Source: an uncultured Chthonomonadaceae bacterium (lineage in GTDB: Bacteria > Armatimonadota > Chthonomonadetes > Chthonomonadales > Chthonomonadaceae). Taken from it: a stretch of 64,000 nt of DNA. The stretch covers positions 96,001-160,000 of the forward strand of contig CAWFQB010000001.1 of the NCBI GenBank assembly GCA_963817895.1, read 5' to 3'. Shown here one piece after another: positions 11,660-19,991 of this stretch. Position numbers and translations under genes: made by a program. The notes under the pieces were generated by a model. The model was given only the letters and a program-made list of their open reading frames with translations. It had not been told where the DNA came from and did not search any database. Position 1 is the stretch's first letter. Each line of letters opens with the position of its first letter.

Positions 11660-12268
11660 TCAGTGGTCTTGATTTTGACCACTTCTTTGTCTCTTTTTTA
11701 CGGCTTTCAACAACTGCGTTGTACGCGGCGGCGTGGTGGCTGGCAGACGCAAACTATTGTCGTCGGCAATGCGGGTAATCTCGTGCAGGACGACATCATT
11801 GCCGGGATAGCCGAAGGTTCGATATCGTATTTTACCGGTGTTATCCAGTATAATCACTGTCGGCACATGCGCAATGCGGAAACGCTGGCTGACACTCGCG
11901 CCCCCGTCGAGCAGCACGGGGAATGGCAGGTTGCCGTTCGTGATGTTCATAAACTCTCGCAGGCGCGTGCCATCCACGCTCACGGCGACAAGCCGAAATC
12001 CCATCTCGTTCTGCCGCGCCGCAAGCGTTTTCAAATGCGGCAGTTCCGCTTTCCACGTATCGCACCAGAACGCCCAAAAATTTAGCACCACAATTTCGCC
12101 CCGATGCGCCTGCAAATCGAAAGTCTTTCCCTTTACATCGGGTAGGGAAAACGCAGGCGCAATACTGTCAGCGCTGGTTATCACTTCTGTTTCTGCCCCG
12201 TGTGTAGGTACGCTACTGAGCATTACTACTAGAACGCCCAACTGTGTCCACATTTGCTGCCTGTTCAT
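11660..12268 (-). CDS. Exported TlpA/ResA-like redoxin with atypical CDTW active site
   Basis: Signal peptide, APAFSLPD, VVLNFWAFWCDTWK, VPTVIILD. Confidence 0.85.
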   Translation of the reverse strand: MNRQQMWTQLGVLVVMLSSVPTHGAETEVITSADSIAPAFSLPDVKGKTFDLQAHRGEIVVLNFWAFWCDTWKAELPHLKTLAARQNEMGFRLVAVSVDGTRLREFMNITNGNLPFPVLLDGGASVSQRFRIAHVPTVIILDNTGKIRYRTFGYPGNDVVLHEITRIADDNSLRLPATTPPRTTQLLKAVKKRQRSGQNQDH

Positions 12269-12283
12269 TGTTCACTCCTTGAG

Positions 12284-12331
12284 TTCCCCTTCTCTCAGGC
12301 TTTTTTGGGAGAAGGGGTTAGGGGTTGAGGG
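12284..12331 (-). repeat. REP-like hairpin element
   Basis: TCCCCTTCTCTC...GGGAGAAGGGG stem followed by TTAGGGGTTGAGGG, between two co-oriented genes; single copy in this window. Confidence 0.45.
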
Positions 12332-15300
12332 CTACCTCTCCGTTACGCGGGCGTGGACGGGCAGGCCGTTGCCGCGTATTTCGGGAAAGTAGACGAGGGA
12401 CGCGAGTGAGGGCAAAATGCGGTACAGGCCGGGCGTTTCCGCGTGGAGGCGATACGTCAGACGCGTTTTGCCCTTCGGCAGCGAGTCGAAGAAGAATACG
12501 ACTCGGTTGTCACGGGTTTCCTGACGCGCATAGCCGCCCCCGCCCTCCTCATAAACCAGTCCTGAAGGCCGGAACTGATCGTCGCCCGGTTCCACCTCGC
12601 AGCCTGCGGGAATGGGTTCTTCCAGCATGGCGTAGCGATAACTGGCGTCAGCCGTGATTTCTACCTGCACTTCCATCGTCTGCCCCGACGCGATTCCGTC
12701 TGCGCGTGACGGGTCTATAGCCTGAATGTGGTAATAGCGCTGCACGGCGATTCCCCGATGCAGGGGCTGCGCGGCCTCTGACGGAATGGTATAGGCCGTG
12801 TTTGTCGTAACGTACAGCCTGCCCGCGCCCTGTCGGTCAATCGTCAGGGTTTGGTGTCCGGCGCGTTGGGCGGGCGTGAGCGTGACAACAAGAGGCGCGT
12901 CGAATACCTGCGCGGGCGTGGGCGCGAACGTTTGGTATGTCTGCCCGTCCAGTTTTATAGTTGCCTGAAACGCGGGATGCAGTTCGTTGGACTGCTCCAT
13001 CCACTGCGCAAGAGCAAACACGGCTTCCGCGCTGCTGCGGGTGGAGGCCCACGCCTTGCCCACGCGATTAGCCATCAGCCAGCGGACGGCTTTGGCGATC
13101 AGCGGGCTGCGCGGGCGGGCTGTCAGCAGGGCGCGAACCACCCGCGCCGTCACCTCTACATCGTCATTGCGCCACGTATAGCCGCCCACAACTGCGGGCC
13201 AATGCGCGGTTGTCCCCTGCTCCACAACTTTGGCTTCCAATTCCTGCGCCACGCCATCGGCAATGGTTCGGAAGTTCGGCAGGACAGCGTTTGGCGGCAG
13301 TCCGGCATTATTGGGCAGGCGGGCATTGTTGAGCGTGACGCCGTTTTCCTGTGACAGAGACAGGCATAGCGACGCGAGGCTGTACGTGTCCAGTTTGTCG
13401 CGGTTGTCGTACAGGTTGGTCAGGGGAATGACTATCCGGTTTGGAGCGGCGTAGGACAGGGTGAGCAGCCAGTCGGCGCGGCGGTTCCACTCCTGTTCGC
13501 CGTTGAGCAGGCGCAGCAGGACTTCCGTGCCGCGCAAAATGCGCTGTTCGTCTACGGTGTAACCCGCGTCCCGCGCCTGCACCAGTCCCCACAGCACATA
13601 CGCGGTCATGTCGCCGTCCGTCTGGTCAAATTCCCACCAGTTCCAGCCGCCGTCCGGGTGCTGATAGCGGTACAGTTTTTGCAGTCCTAAGTTGACCCAC
13701 TGCGCCAGATTGGGATTGACCGGGCGATTGGAACCCAGCCGCTTGAACGCGCGGGCAACAATCACGTCCGGCAGAAAACTGCTCATCGTTTGTTCGGCGC
13801 AGCCATACGGGTATGTGGTCAGGTAGCCAAGCGCGTCCAGTGTGGCGGACGCGAGGGACGGGGCAAGCGCGAGGGTTAGGGTAGCGTTGGGCGGCAGGCG
13901 GGTCAGGTCCAGCGAGTACGCGCCACTGGTTTCGTCCAGCGTTTCGGCTCTCGATTCAACCTGCTTGACGCCATCCTCCTGCGCGGGCAGGGTCAACTCC
14001 ATCGCGTCCTGCGCCCCGGTTCCCCCATCCACCGTGACCAGAAACCGAACGGGCGCAGGAGCGTTATCCGGCGTTTTGCGGATATGCGCCGTCCAGTCCA
14101 GACGCTGATCGCTGTTGGGCATCAGATGCAGGTTGCGGTCGGCTGCGCCGTCCAGATCGGCTCCTGTTGTTTCGATATGCGCCCGTATGTCGCGCTCGGT
14201 TCCCGTATAATTATGAACAATGGCGGATACGGTCGCCTGATCGCCCTGCACATAAAAGCGCGGCAATGTCAGCCGGACAAGCAGGGGCATCGTAGCGGTC
14301 ACGTCCCGCGTTGTACTGCCGACAAGGGTTTGGGTGGTGATTCCCCGCGCCGTCGCCCGCCATGTCGTCAGGTTGTCGGGCATCACAAAGGAAACTTGCG
14401 CTCTCCCGCTGCCATCTGTCGTGACAAACGGATTCCAATACGCAGTATCCGCGAACTGCCTGCGGACACGGATATTCGCGCTCAACGCGGGCGGCGTTCC
14501 GGGCGCGGGTTGCGGCACGGTTTGAAACGCGCCTCCGCTGTACTGCGCGGCAAAGGAGAAATCCGTTTGTACGCGAATTTGCTGTCCCGCGTAAAAGAAG
14601 TCGCCGATGTTGGGCGCGCTATCCGGCTGAATGGCGTAAATACTCGCGTCCACAACCCCGAACCCGATCTCGGCGGCAACGGGCAGACCGGCGGAATTGC
14701 GTGTGGAAACGGTATACGTGGCGGTTTCCCCCGGCTGATAGCGCGTTTTGTCGGGCGTCACCTGCACATTCAGTTTTTGCGCGTCGCGTTGCACCGTTAG
14801 GCGCGCCTGCTGCTGATAAATCTGCTTCTCCTGCACCAGCGTCACGTTCACCTCAACCGAAGGGAAATAGCTGCCCGTCAGCGGAACCTGTATCATAGTA
14901 GAGCGGCTGGAAATCGGCACAACGCGGGCAGAATACAGCCGTTCGCCCTCGACAGTTACTAAGGCCCATGCGCGAGAGTAAGTTGGTGGTTGGTGGTTGG
15001 TGGCGGGTGATTGGTGATTGGTGTTCAGTCTCCTCTTCTCCTCTTCTCCTCTTCTCCTTGTCTCCTTTAGCGCAGGCGTGACAAGGGACGTGTTGAGCAG
15101 CAACGTAGCGGTTTCGCCGGGGCGGTAGGTAGTTCGGTCGGGTAGCAGGTTCAGCGTGGGGTAATCGTAGGTTTCTGCTTCCTCCCCCGCAACCCATACG
15201 TACAACTCGGATTGAATTTTGTTGTGGTCGGTATCGAACGCCTCGACAGACAGCAGCAGATAGCCGGGACGGGGCGGCGCAAAAGTCGCTGTACCGACGC

Positions 15301-16876
15301 CTGCCGCATCCGTGCTGATATTGCGCGTCGTGGTTTCCTTATAAGGGCGGTGGCTGCGGTCGTATTTGGTTTCAATGAGCAGGACGCGGGCGGGCGTGGC
15401 GACGGGCTTGCCGTCGTAATCTTCGGCATGAACCGTGACGGTCATGCGTTCGCCCGCCCGGTACACGCTTTTATCGGTTTCCATGCGCAGATGAAACATG
15501 CCGCCCGTAATCAGCGTGTTGCCGTCCGCCTGCTGCGAACGCCGGCTCAGGTCGGTAACGGTGGCGTGTACAAGCAGGCGGCGGTTGAGCGGCAAACGCT
15601 GCGTTCGGATTTCCAGCTTCAGTTGTCCCTGCGCGTCCGTGATTCCCTGCCCGTTGTAAGCCGGTTCAGGATTGGCGGGCGTTCCGTCACTCCTCATATT
15701 GCCGCTATATTCGGGCTGAAACTGAATGGTATACGCGACGGACGCGCCGCTTACGGGCTGGCCGAAATAGTACCGCGCGTCAATTGTAACGGGAACGGTC
15801 GCGCTTCCCAAATAGTGGGATTGGGCAAACTTCACTTCCGCGCTGAATTCCGGCTTGCGGTACGCTTCCACGCTGAACGCCCCATACGCCCGAAACGCGC
15901 CAACCGCGACGCAAATCTGCCAGTTGCCAAGCGTGGGTTCGCTTGCCAGTTGGAACGAACCGTCGAAAGAGCCGTTCGCGTTCGTGGTTACGGTTTGGCG
16001 CGACAGCAGGGCATCCGTCGCGTCCCGTATCTCCACGTTCAAAGCTCTGTTGGCGAACACGCCGTATGTAAACCCACCCGGCGCGTCGGCCTCGAACCGC
16101 TGCCGAACCGTCCCCTTGAACTGTACTTTGTGGCCGGGGCGGTAAATGGGCCTGTCCGTGACGACATACACGGCGTAGGGTTCCGGCGGTGGGGGCGTCC
16201 CCGAAATGACGAACGCGGGCGAACCACTCTTCTCGCCGTACACCCACATATTGGCCTGCTCTGACGCGCATGGCAGGCGACACGCGCCCTGATTGTCCGT
16301 AAGAGTGGCCGAGCGTTTTCCGGCTGCGTCCGTGCAGTCCAGTTTTAGATTGAGAATCGGCTGGCCGGAATGGGCATTGGTGGCATACAGTAGGAGTTCC
16401 TGCCGCGAGCGTTTGGCAAGCAGGGTGATGTTGGTCACGGCAAACCACGTCCGTTTTTCCACACTCCCCGCCCGCGCCCGTACCAGATAGGTTCCCGGCG
16501 GCAGGGAGGGAATCGAAACCTGCCGTTCCGTCCACTGGTCCGGGTAGATTTTGCCCATGCCGAACGTCCACGACTTGACGGCAGGCCGTTTCCCCACATT
16601 TACCGCCTTAATTTGTTCGCCAAACTTTTCCAGCGCTTTGCTTGTCGGAACCAGAGTGGGCAGGGCAAGCCGATGAATGCTGAACGCAATTGTTTTCTCA
16701 TTGAACGCGCTCAAATTCAGCATGATTTTTTCGTCCGGCGTACTGGCGCGGCGATACAGATGAATGTCGAAATTCGGCTTCTTGACCTGTTGAACCGGCG
16801 TTTGCGCCCCAACCGGTAAAACGCCGACAAATACCGCCGCCAATAGAAACAGGCACACGACAAAACGAAATCTCAT
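12332..16876 (-). CDS. Bacterial alpha-2-macroglobulin family protein
   Basis: About 1514 aa; signal peptide, TDRPIYRPG, FADTAYWNP, MPDNLTTW, thioester motif YPYGCAEQ, QHPDGGWNWW. Confidence 0.95.
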   Translation of the reverse strand: MRFRFVVCLFLLAAVFVGVLPVGAQTPVQQVKKPNFDIHLYRRASTPDEKIMLNLSAFNEKTIAFSIHRLALPTLVPTSKALEKFGEQIKAVNVGKRPAVKSWTFGMGKIYPDQWTERQVSIPSLPPGTYLVRARAGSVEKRTWFAVTNITLLAKRSRQELLLYATNAHSGQPILNLKLDCTDAAGKRSATLTDNQGACRLPCASEQANMWVYGEKSGSPAFVISGTPPPPEPYAVYVVTDRPIYRPGHKVQFKGTVRQRFEADAPGGFTYGVFANRALNVEIRDATDALLSRQTVTTNANGSFDGSFQLASEPTLGNWQICVAVGAFRAYGAFSVEAYRKPEFSAEVKFAQSHYLGSATVPVTIDARYYFGQPVSGASVAYTIQFQPEYSGNMRSDGTPANPEPAYNGQGITDAQGQLKLEIRTQRLPLNRRLLVHATVTDLSRRSQQADGNTLITGGMFHLRMETDKSVYRAGERMTVTVHAEDYDGKPVATPARVLLIETKYDRSHRPYKETTTRNISTDAAGVGTATFAPPRPGYLLLSVEAFDTDHNKIQSELYVWVAGEEAETYDYPTLNLLPDRTTYRPGETATLLLNTSLVTPALKETRRRGEEEKRRLNTNHQSPATNHQPPTYSRAWALVTVEGERLYSARVVPISSRSTMIQVPLTGSYFPSVEVNVTLVQEKQIYQQQARLTVQRDAQKLNVQVTPDKTRYQPGETATYTVSTRNSAGLPVAAEIGFGVVDASIYAIQPDSAPNIGDFFYAGQQIRVQTDFSFAAQYSGGAFQTVPQPAPGTPPALSANIRVRRQFADTAYWNPFVTTDGSGRAQVSFVMPDNLTTWRATARGITTQTLVGSTTRDVTATMPLLVRLTLPRFYVQGDQATVSAIVHNYTGTERDIRAHIETTGADLDGAADRNLHLMPNSDQRLDWTAHIRKTPDNAPAPVRFLVTVDGGTGAQDAMELTLPAQEDGVKQVESRAETLDETSGAYSLDLTRLPPNATLTLALAPSLASATLDALGYLTTYPYGCAEQTMSSFLPDVIVARAFKRLGSNRPVNPNLAQWVNLGLQKLYRYQHPDGGWNWWEFDQTDGDMTAYVLWGLVQARDAGYTVDEQRILRGTEVLLRLLNGEQEWNRRADWLLTLSYAAPNRIVIPLTNLYDNRDKLDTYSLASLCLSLSQENGVTLNNARLPNNAGLPPNAVLPNFRTIADGVAQELEAKVVEQGTTAHWPAVVGGYTWRNDDVEVTARVVRALLTARPRSPLIAKAVRWLMANRVGKAWASTRSSAEAVFALAQWMEQSNELHPAFQATIKLDGQTYQTFAPTPAQVFDAPLVVTLTPAQRAGHQTLTIDRQGAGRLYVTTNTAYTIPSEAAQPLHRGIAVQRYYHIQAIDPSRADGIASGQTMEVQVEITADASYRYAMLEEPIPAGCEVEPGDDQFRPSGLVYEEGGGGYARQETRDNRVVFFFDSLPKGKTRLTYRLHAETPGLYRILPSLASLVYFPEIRGNGLPVHARVTER

Positions 16877-16911
16877 AACAAACTCCTTGCCGCTGAAGGA
16901 AATAGAGGAAT

Positions 16912-16939
16912 TTAGCCGCGAATGAACGCGAATACACGC
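16912..16939 (+). repeat. Dispersed 28-bp (CGCGAAT-based) repeat
   Basis: TTAGCCGCGAATGAACGCGAATACACGC is identical at 24623-24650; a degenerate inverted copy lies near 35688-35714. Confidence 0.8.
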
Positions 16940-16979
16940 GAATGGGATAATCCACTTCGCGCCAACCACCAATCACCAA

Positions 16980-17630
16980 TCACCTTGTTTCGGATGGCTC
17001 GACAAAACGGACATCCTGAATTCGGAACAACTCGACGGGCGTATTGGCGCGGCAGCCAGCGCGGATGCGGCCCCATTGCAGCATCCGCGCCGTTATACTG
17101 GTTTCGCCGGAAAGCGTCACGCCGTAGCGGTCGCCGGATTTCACGACAAGGCCGTCGCGGGTCGGGTCTAAATTGGCCGCTTCGCTTTCTGAAATAGGAA
17201 CAGGCTTGTCCACGATGCTGACAATTAAGGTCAGGGTTTTGGCCTCACGCGCCGTAATGGGCGCAAAGCGGCGGTCGCGCCCCGCTGCGGCAACGGCGTT
17301 TTCGATGATTTCCAGAGCGGCGTTGGGTTGCGTGGGGTACAGGGTTCCCATGCAGCACCGGGGCGCGCCGTTTCGCATCGCGCTGACGAAAACACCCGTT
17401 CTCTGCTGTAGTAAATCGGGCAGTTTGTTCGGGGGCGTAATAGTGTTGCGCCGCGCAATGTAGGCGTCGAACGCCTGCCGCGCCAGATGCAGAATGTTGC
17501 CCTGCGTTTGCGCGTCCAGATGTTTCCAGCGTTCAAATCCCGCTTCTTCACGCGCTCCAATCGGCGTACACGTCCGCGCAGAAAGCAAAAACAGGCCGAT
17601 AATTACCCAACACGCCTTTCGGAATCGCAT
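16980..17630 (-). CDS. AMMECR1-domain protein with N-terminal signal-like sequence
   Basis: GVFVS...PRCCMGT (canonical LRGCIG), IENAVAAAGRDRRF, DGLVV; basic and hydrophobic N-terminus. Confidence 0.8.
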   Translation of the reverse strand: MRFRKACWVIIGLFLLSARTCTPIGAREEAGFERWKHLDAQTQGNILHLARQAFDAYIARRNTITPPNKLPDLLQQRTGVFVSAMRNGAPRCCMGTLYPTQPNAALEIIENAVAAAGRDRRFAPITAREAKTLTLIVSIVDKPVPISESEAANLDPTRDGLVVKSGDRYGVTLSGETSITARMLQWGRIRAGCRANTPVELFRIQDVRFVEPSETR

Positions 17631-17915
17631 TCATTTTCTCCATGTCAGCAAAAGACAGTACAAGGATAACCTGTTGGCTATGTCCGAAATCGTGTCCCAT
17701 TTGCGGAAACATCGTGTCCGAAGCGCATTTGGGATTGGAAGCGTTACCATTCGGAGAAACGGGGTTGATTCCGGTACAATATTGGGTATTGAAGACAGTC
17801 GTAGAGGGCGCAACGAAATGAATTTCTTTGCTATGGGGCGTTCCGCCCAACGTCCGCCTGCGCGGACACGAACGGTTTGCGCAACATGTTGCTACCGGGA
17901 CATGAAGGAACATCT

Positions 17916-18686
17916 ATGCCACCTTATATTCGTATGCTGATTTGTCTGTCGCTGATGGGAATACTTGTCGCGGCCCCTGCGTCACGTTCTTTTGGTAAGT
18001 CGTTCGGGTACAGGGCAGAATTTAGAGGTTCACGCCGTCCAAAGCAGGGCAGCGAGAAGTTTACGGTTTGTATTGATCCGGGACACTCGAAGAAAACGGT
18101 CGGGGCGCAGGGCAGAAGTTTGCATTTGCGGGAATATCAGGTGTGCTGGCAGATGGCACAAAAGTTACAGGCCGCGCTGAGGGCAAAAGGCGTCAATGTT
18201 GTTCTTACCAAAGACGACGAGGACGCGAATGTCGGCAACGACGAACGCGCCCGGATTGCCAGCCGCGCTCATGCCGACCTGTTCATTCGCCTACACTGCG
18301 ATTCGGGTTCCGATAGCGGCATTGCCACCTTTTATCCGGCCAATCAAGGCACGATACGCGGCAAAACCGGGCCAAGCGAGGACATAATTGCGCAAAGCCG
18401 ATCCTGCGCCCGCGCTTTTCATCCGGCCCTGCTCAAAGCCCTGCATGGCGTCCTGCACAATCGCGGGATACGCACAGACGCGCAAACCGCTGTCGGGAGT
18501 AAGTTGGGCGGGGCGTTGGAAGGCTCTATCTATTCGGAAGTGCCGGTAATTCTCGTGGAGATGTGCGTACTGGACAACCGGAAGGATGAAGAATTTATCG
18601 GTTCGGAAGAGGGACAAAACCGTTTGGCGCAGGCAATGGCGGCAGGCGCACAGGCGGCGGTAAAAGCGAACCACGTTCATAAGTAG
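17916..18686 (+). CDS. N-acetylmuramoyl-L-alanine amidase (Amidase_3)
   Basis: IDPGHS, ERARIA, FIRLHCD, PVILVEM; signal peptide. Confidence 0.9.
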   Translation: MPPYIRMLICLSLMGILVAAPASRSFGKSFGYRAEFRGSRRPKQGSEKFTVCIDPGHSKKTVGAQGRSLHLREYQVCWQMAQKLQAALRAKGVNVVLTKDDEDANVGNDERARIASRAHADLFIRLHCDSGSDSGIATFYPANQGTIRGKTGPSEDIIAQSRSCARAFHPALLKALHGVLHNRGIRTDAQTAVGSKLGGALEGSIYSEVPVILVEMCVLDNRKDEEFIGSEEGQNRLAQAMAAGAQAAVKANHVHK

Positions 18687-18707
18687 ACAATGCTTAAAAT
18701 GTCCCTC

Positions 18708-18752
18708 TTGACATATACAACAGATTTGTTGTACAACAAATCTGTTGTATAT
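18708..18752 (+). promoter_or_regulatory. TTGACA -35 box overlapping a perfect 40-bp palindrome (candidate operator)
   Basis: TTGACA at 18708-18713; ATATACAACAGATTTGTTGT|ACAACAAATCTGTTGTATAT at 18713-18752; RBS GGAGG and ATG 18770 follow. Confidence 0.7.
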
Positions 18753-18769
18753 CATTTGGAGGCACAATC

Positions 18770-19980
18770 ATGGTTGAAAATCGTGTGGGGACGCCGGTAC
18801 GGGGAGAAGATTGCTTCGGGCGTGACAGGTTTGTGGAATTGACATGGCAAAAGATTGGGGCAGGGCATGTGCTGCTTGCCGCGCCCCGTCGGTTTGGCAA
18901 AACAAGCGTGATGTACCGCCTGATGGATGCGCCACGCGACAATTACAAGATCGTTCACGCGGATTTGGAAGCGCATACGGATGCCGCCACCTTTCTGACG
19001 GAACTGGTTGTGCAGTTGGCGAATGACAGCCGCTTTACGCAGATGGTACACGGTTTGAGCGGACTGCGCAAAAACTTCTGGTCTGCTTTTCGAACAAACT
19101 TCTCCGAGTTGGAAGCGTTCAAGTTCAAAATCAAACTACGGGACGAACTGAAACAGGATTGGCAAAACGCGGGCGAAGAGTTGTTCAAGAAACTCAGCGC
19201 GCAGCCGCATCCGGTTTTGTTTATACTGGATGAGTTCCCGATGATGATTGATCGTATGGCGCGGTCGGAAGCGCACCGCGAAGAGGCGAAAACGCTGCTG
19301 CGCTGGCTGCGGAAACTGCGCCTGTCGCCGGACATCAAAAACGTTCACTTTCTGATTGCGGGTTCCATCGGCATCGGACAGGTGCTGAACGATCTGGGCG
19401 AAATTGCCTCTATCAACGATTTTGAGCAACTGCGATTGGAACCGTTCACGCCGAAGGTAGCCACACAGTTCCTTGCCGCGCTTTCAGAACGCCATAAGAT
19501 GGCACTCTCCGCAGAGTGTCAGGAGAAGATTCTAAAACTGTTGGGAACGCTCGTACCCTACTTCATTCAAATTCTGTTTCAGAAATTTACAAGACGTTTG
19601 TACAGGATGAGGAACCCGTTACGCCGGAACGGATCGAGCGCATTTATCGCGACAAGGTGCTTGGCGTGGACTGTAAAACGTATTTCGATCACTATTATGG
19701 CCGCCTGCGCGACTACTACCGCCCGCATGAGGAGAAGGCCATCAAGCGGCTGTTGCGCGAATTGGCGGTGACGAATACGCTCAAACGCGACGCCGTATAC
19801 CTTATCTATCGGGCGGAACGCGGCGAACAGGCCGACATTGAAGAGTTCAATACCCTGATGACGAACCTTGAAAACGACTTTTATATCGCCTTCAAGGATG
19901 AGACACAGCAGTATGAGTTTGCCTGCAAATTATTGCGCGACTGGTGGCTGCGGCATTACGCGCTGGAAATCGGCAACTGA
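18770..19980 (+). CDS. STAND-like P-loop ATPase, about 400 aa, frameshift near 19578
   Basis: FGRD, Walker A APRRFGKTS, Walker B FILDEF, IAGS; C-terminus LLRDWW in ORF 19516-19980. Confidence 0.85.
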
Positions 19981-19991
19981 GGCAAAACACG

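Noticed and set aside
17680..17905. Short TCGTGTCC/GGACACGA motifs between the divergent AMMECR1 and amidase genes
   Set aside because: Too short and irregularly spaced to call an operator.
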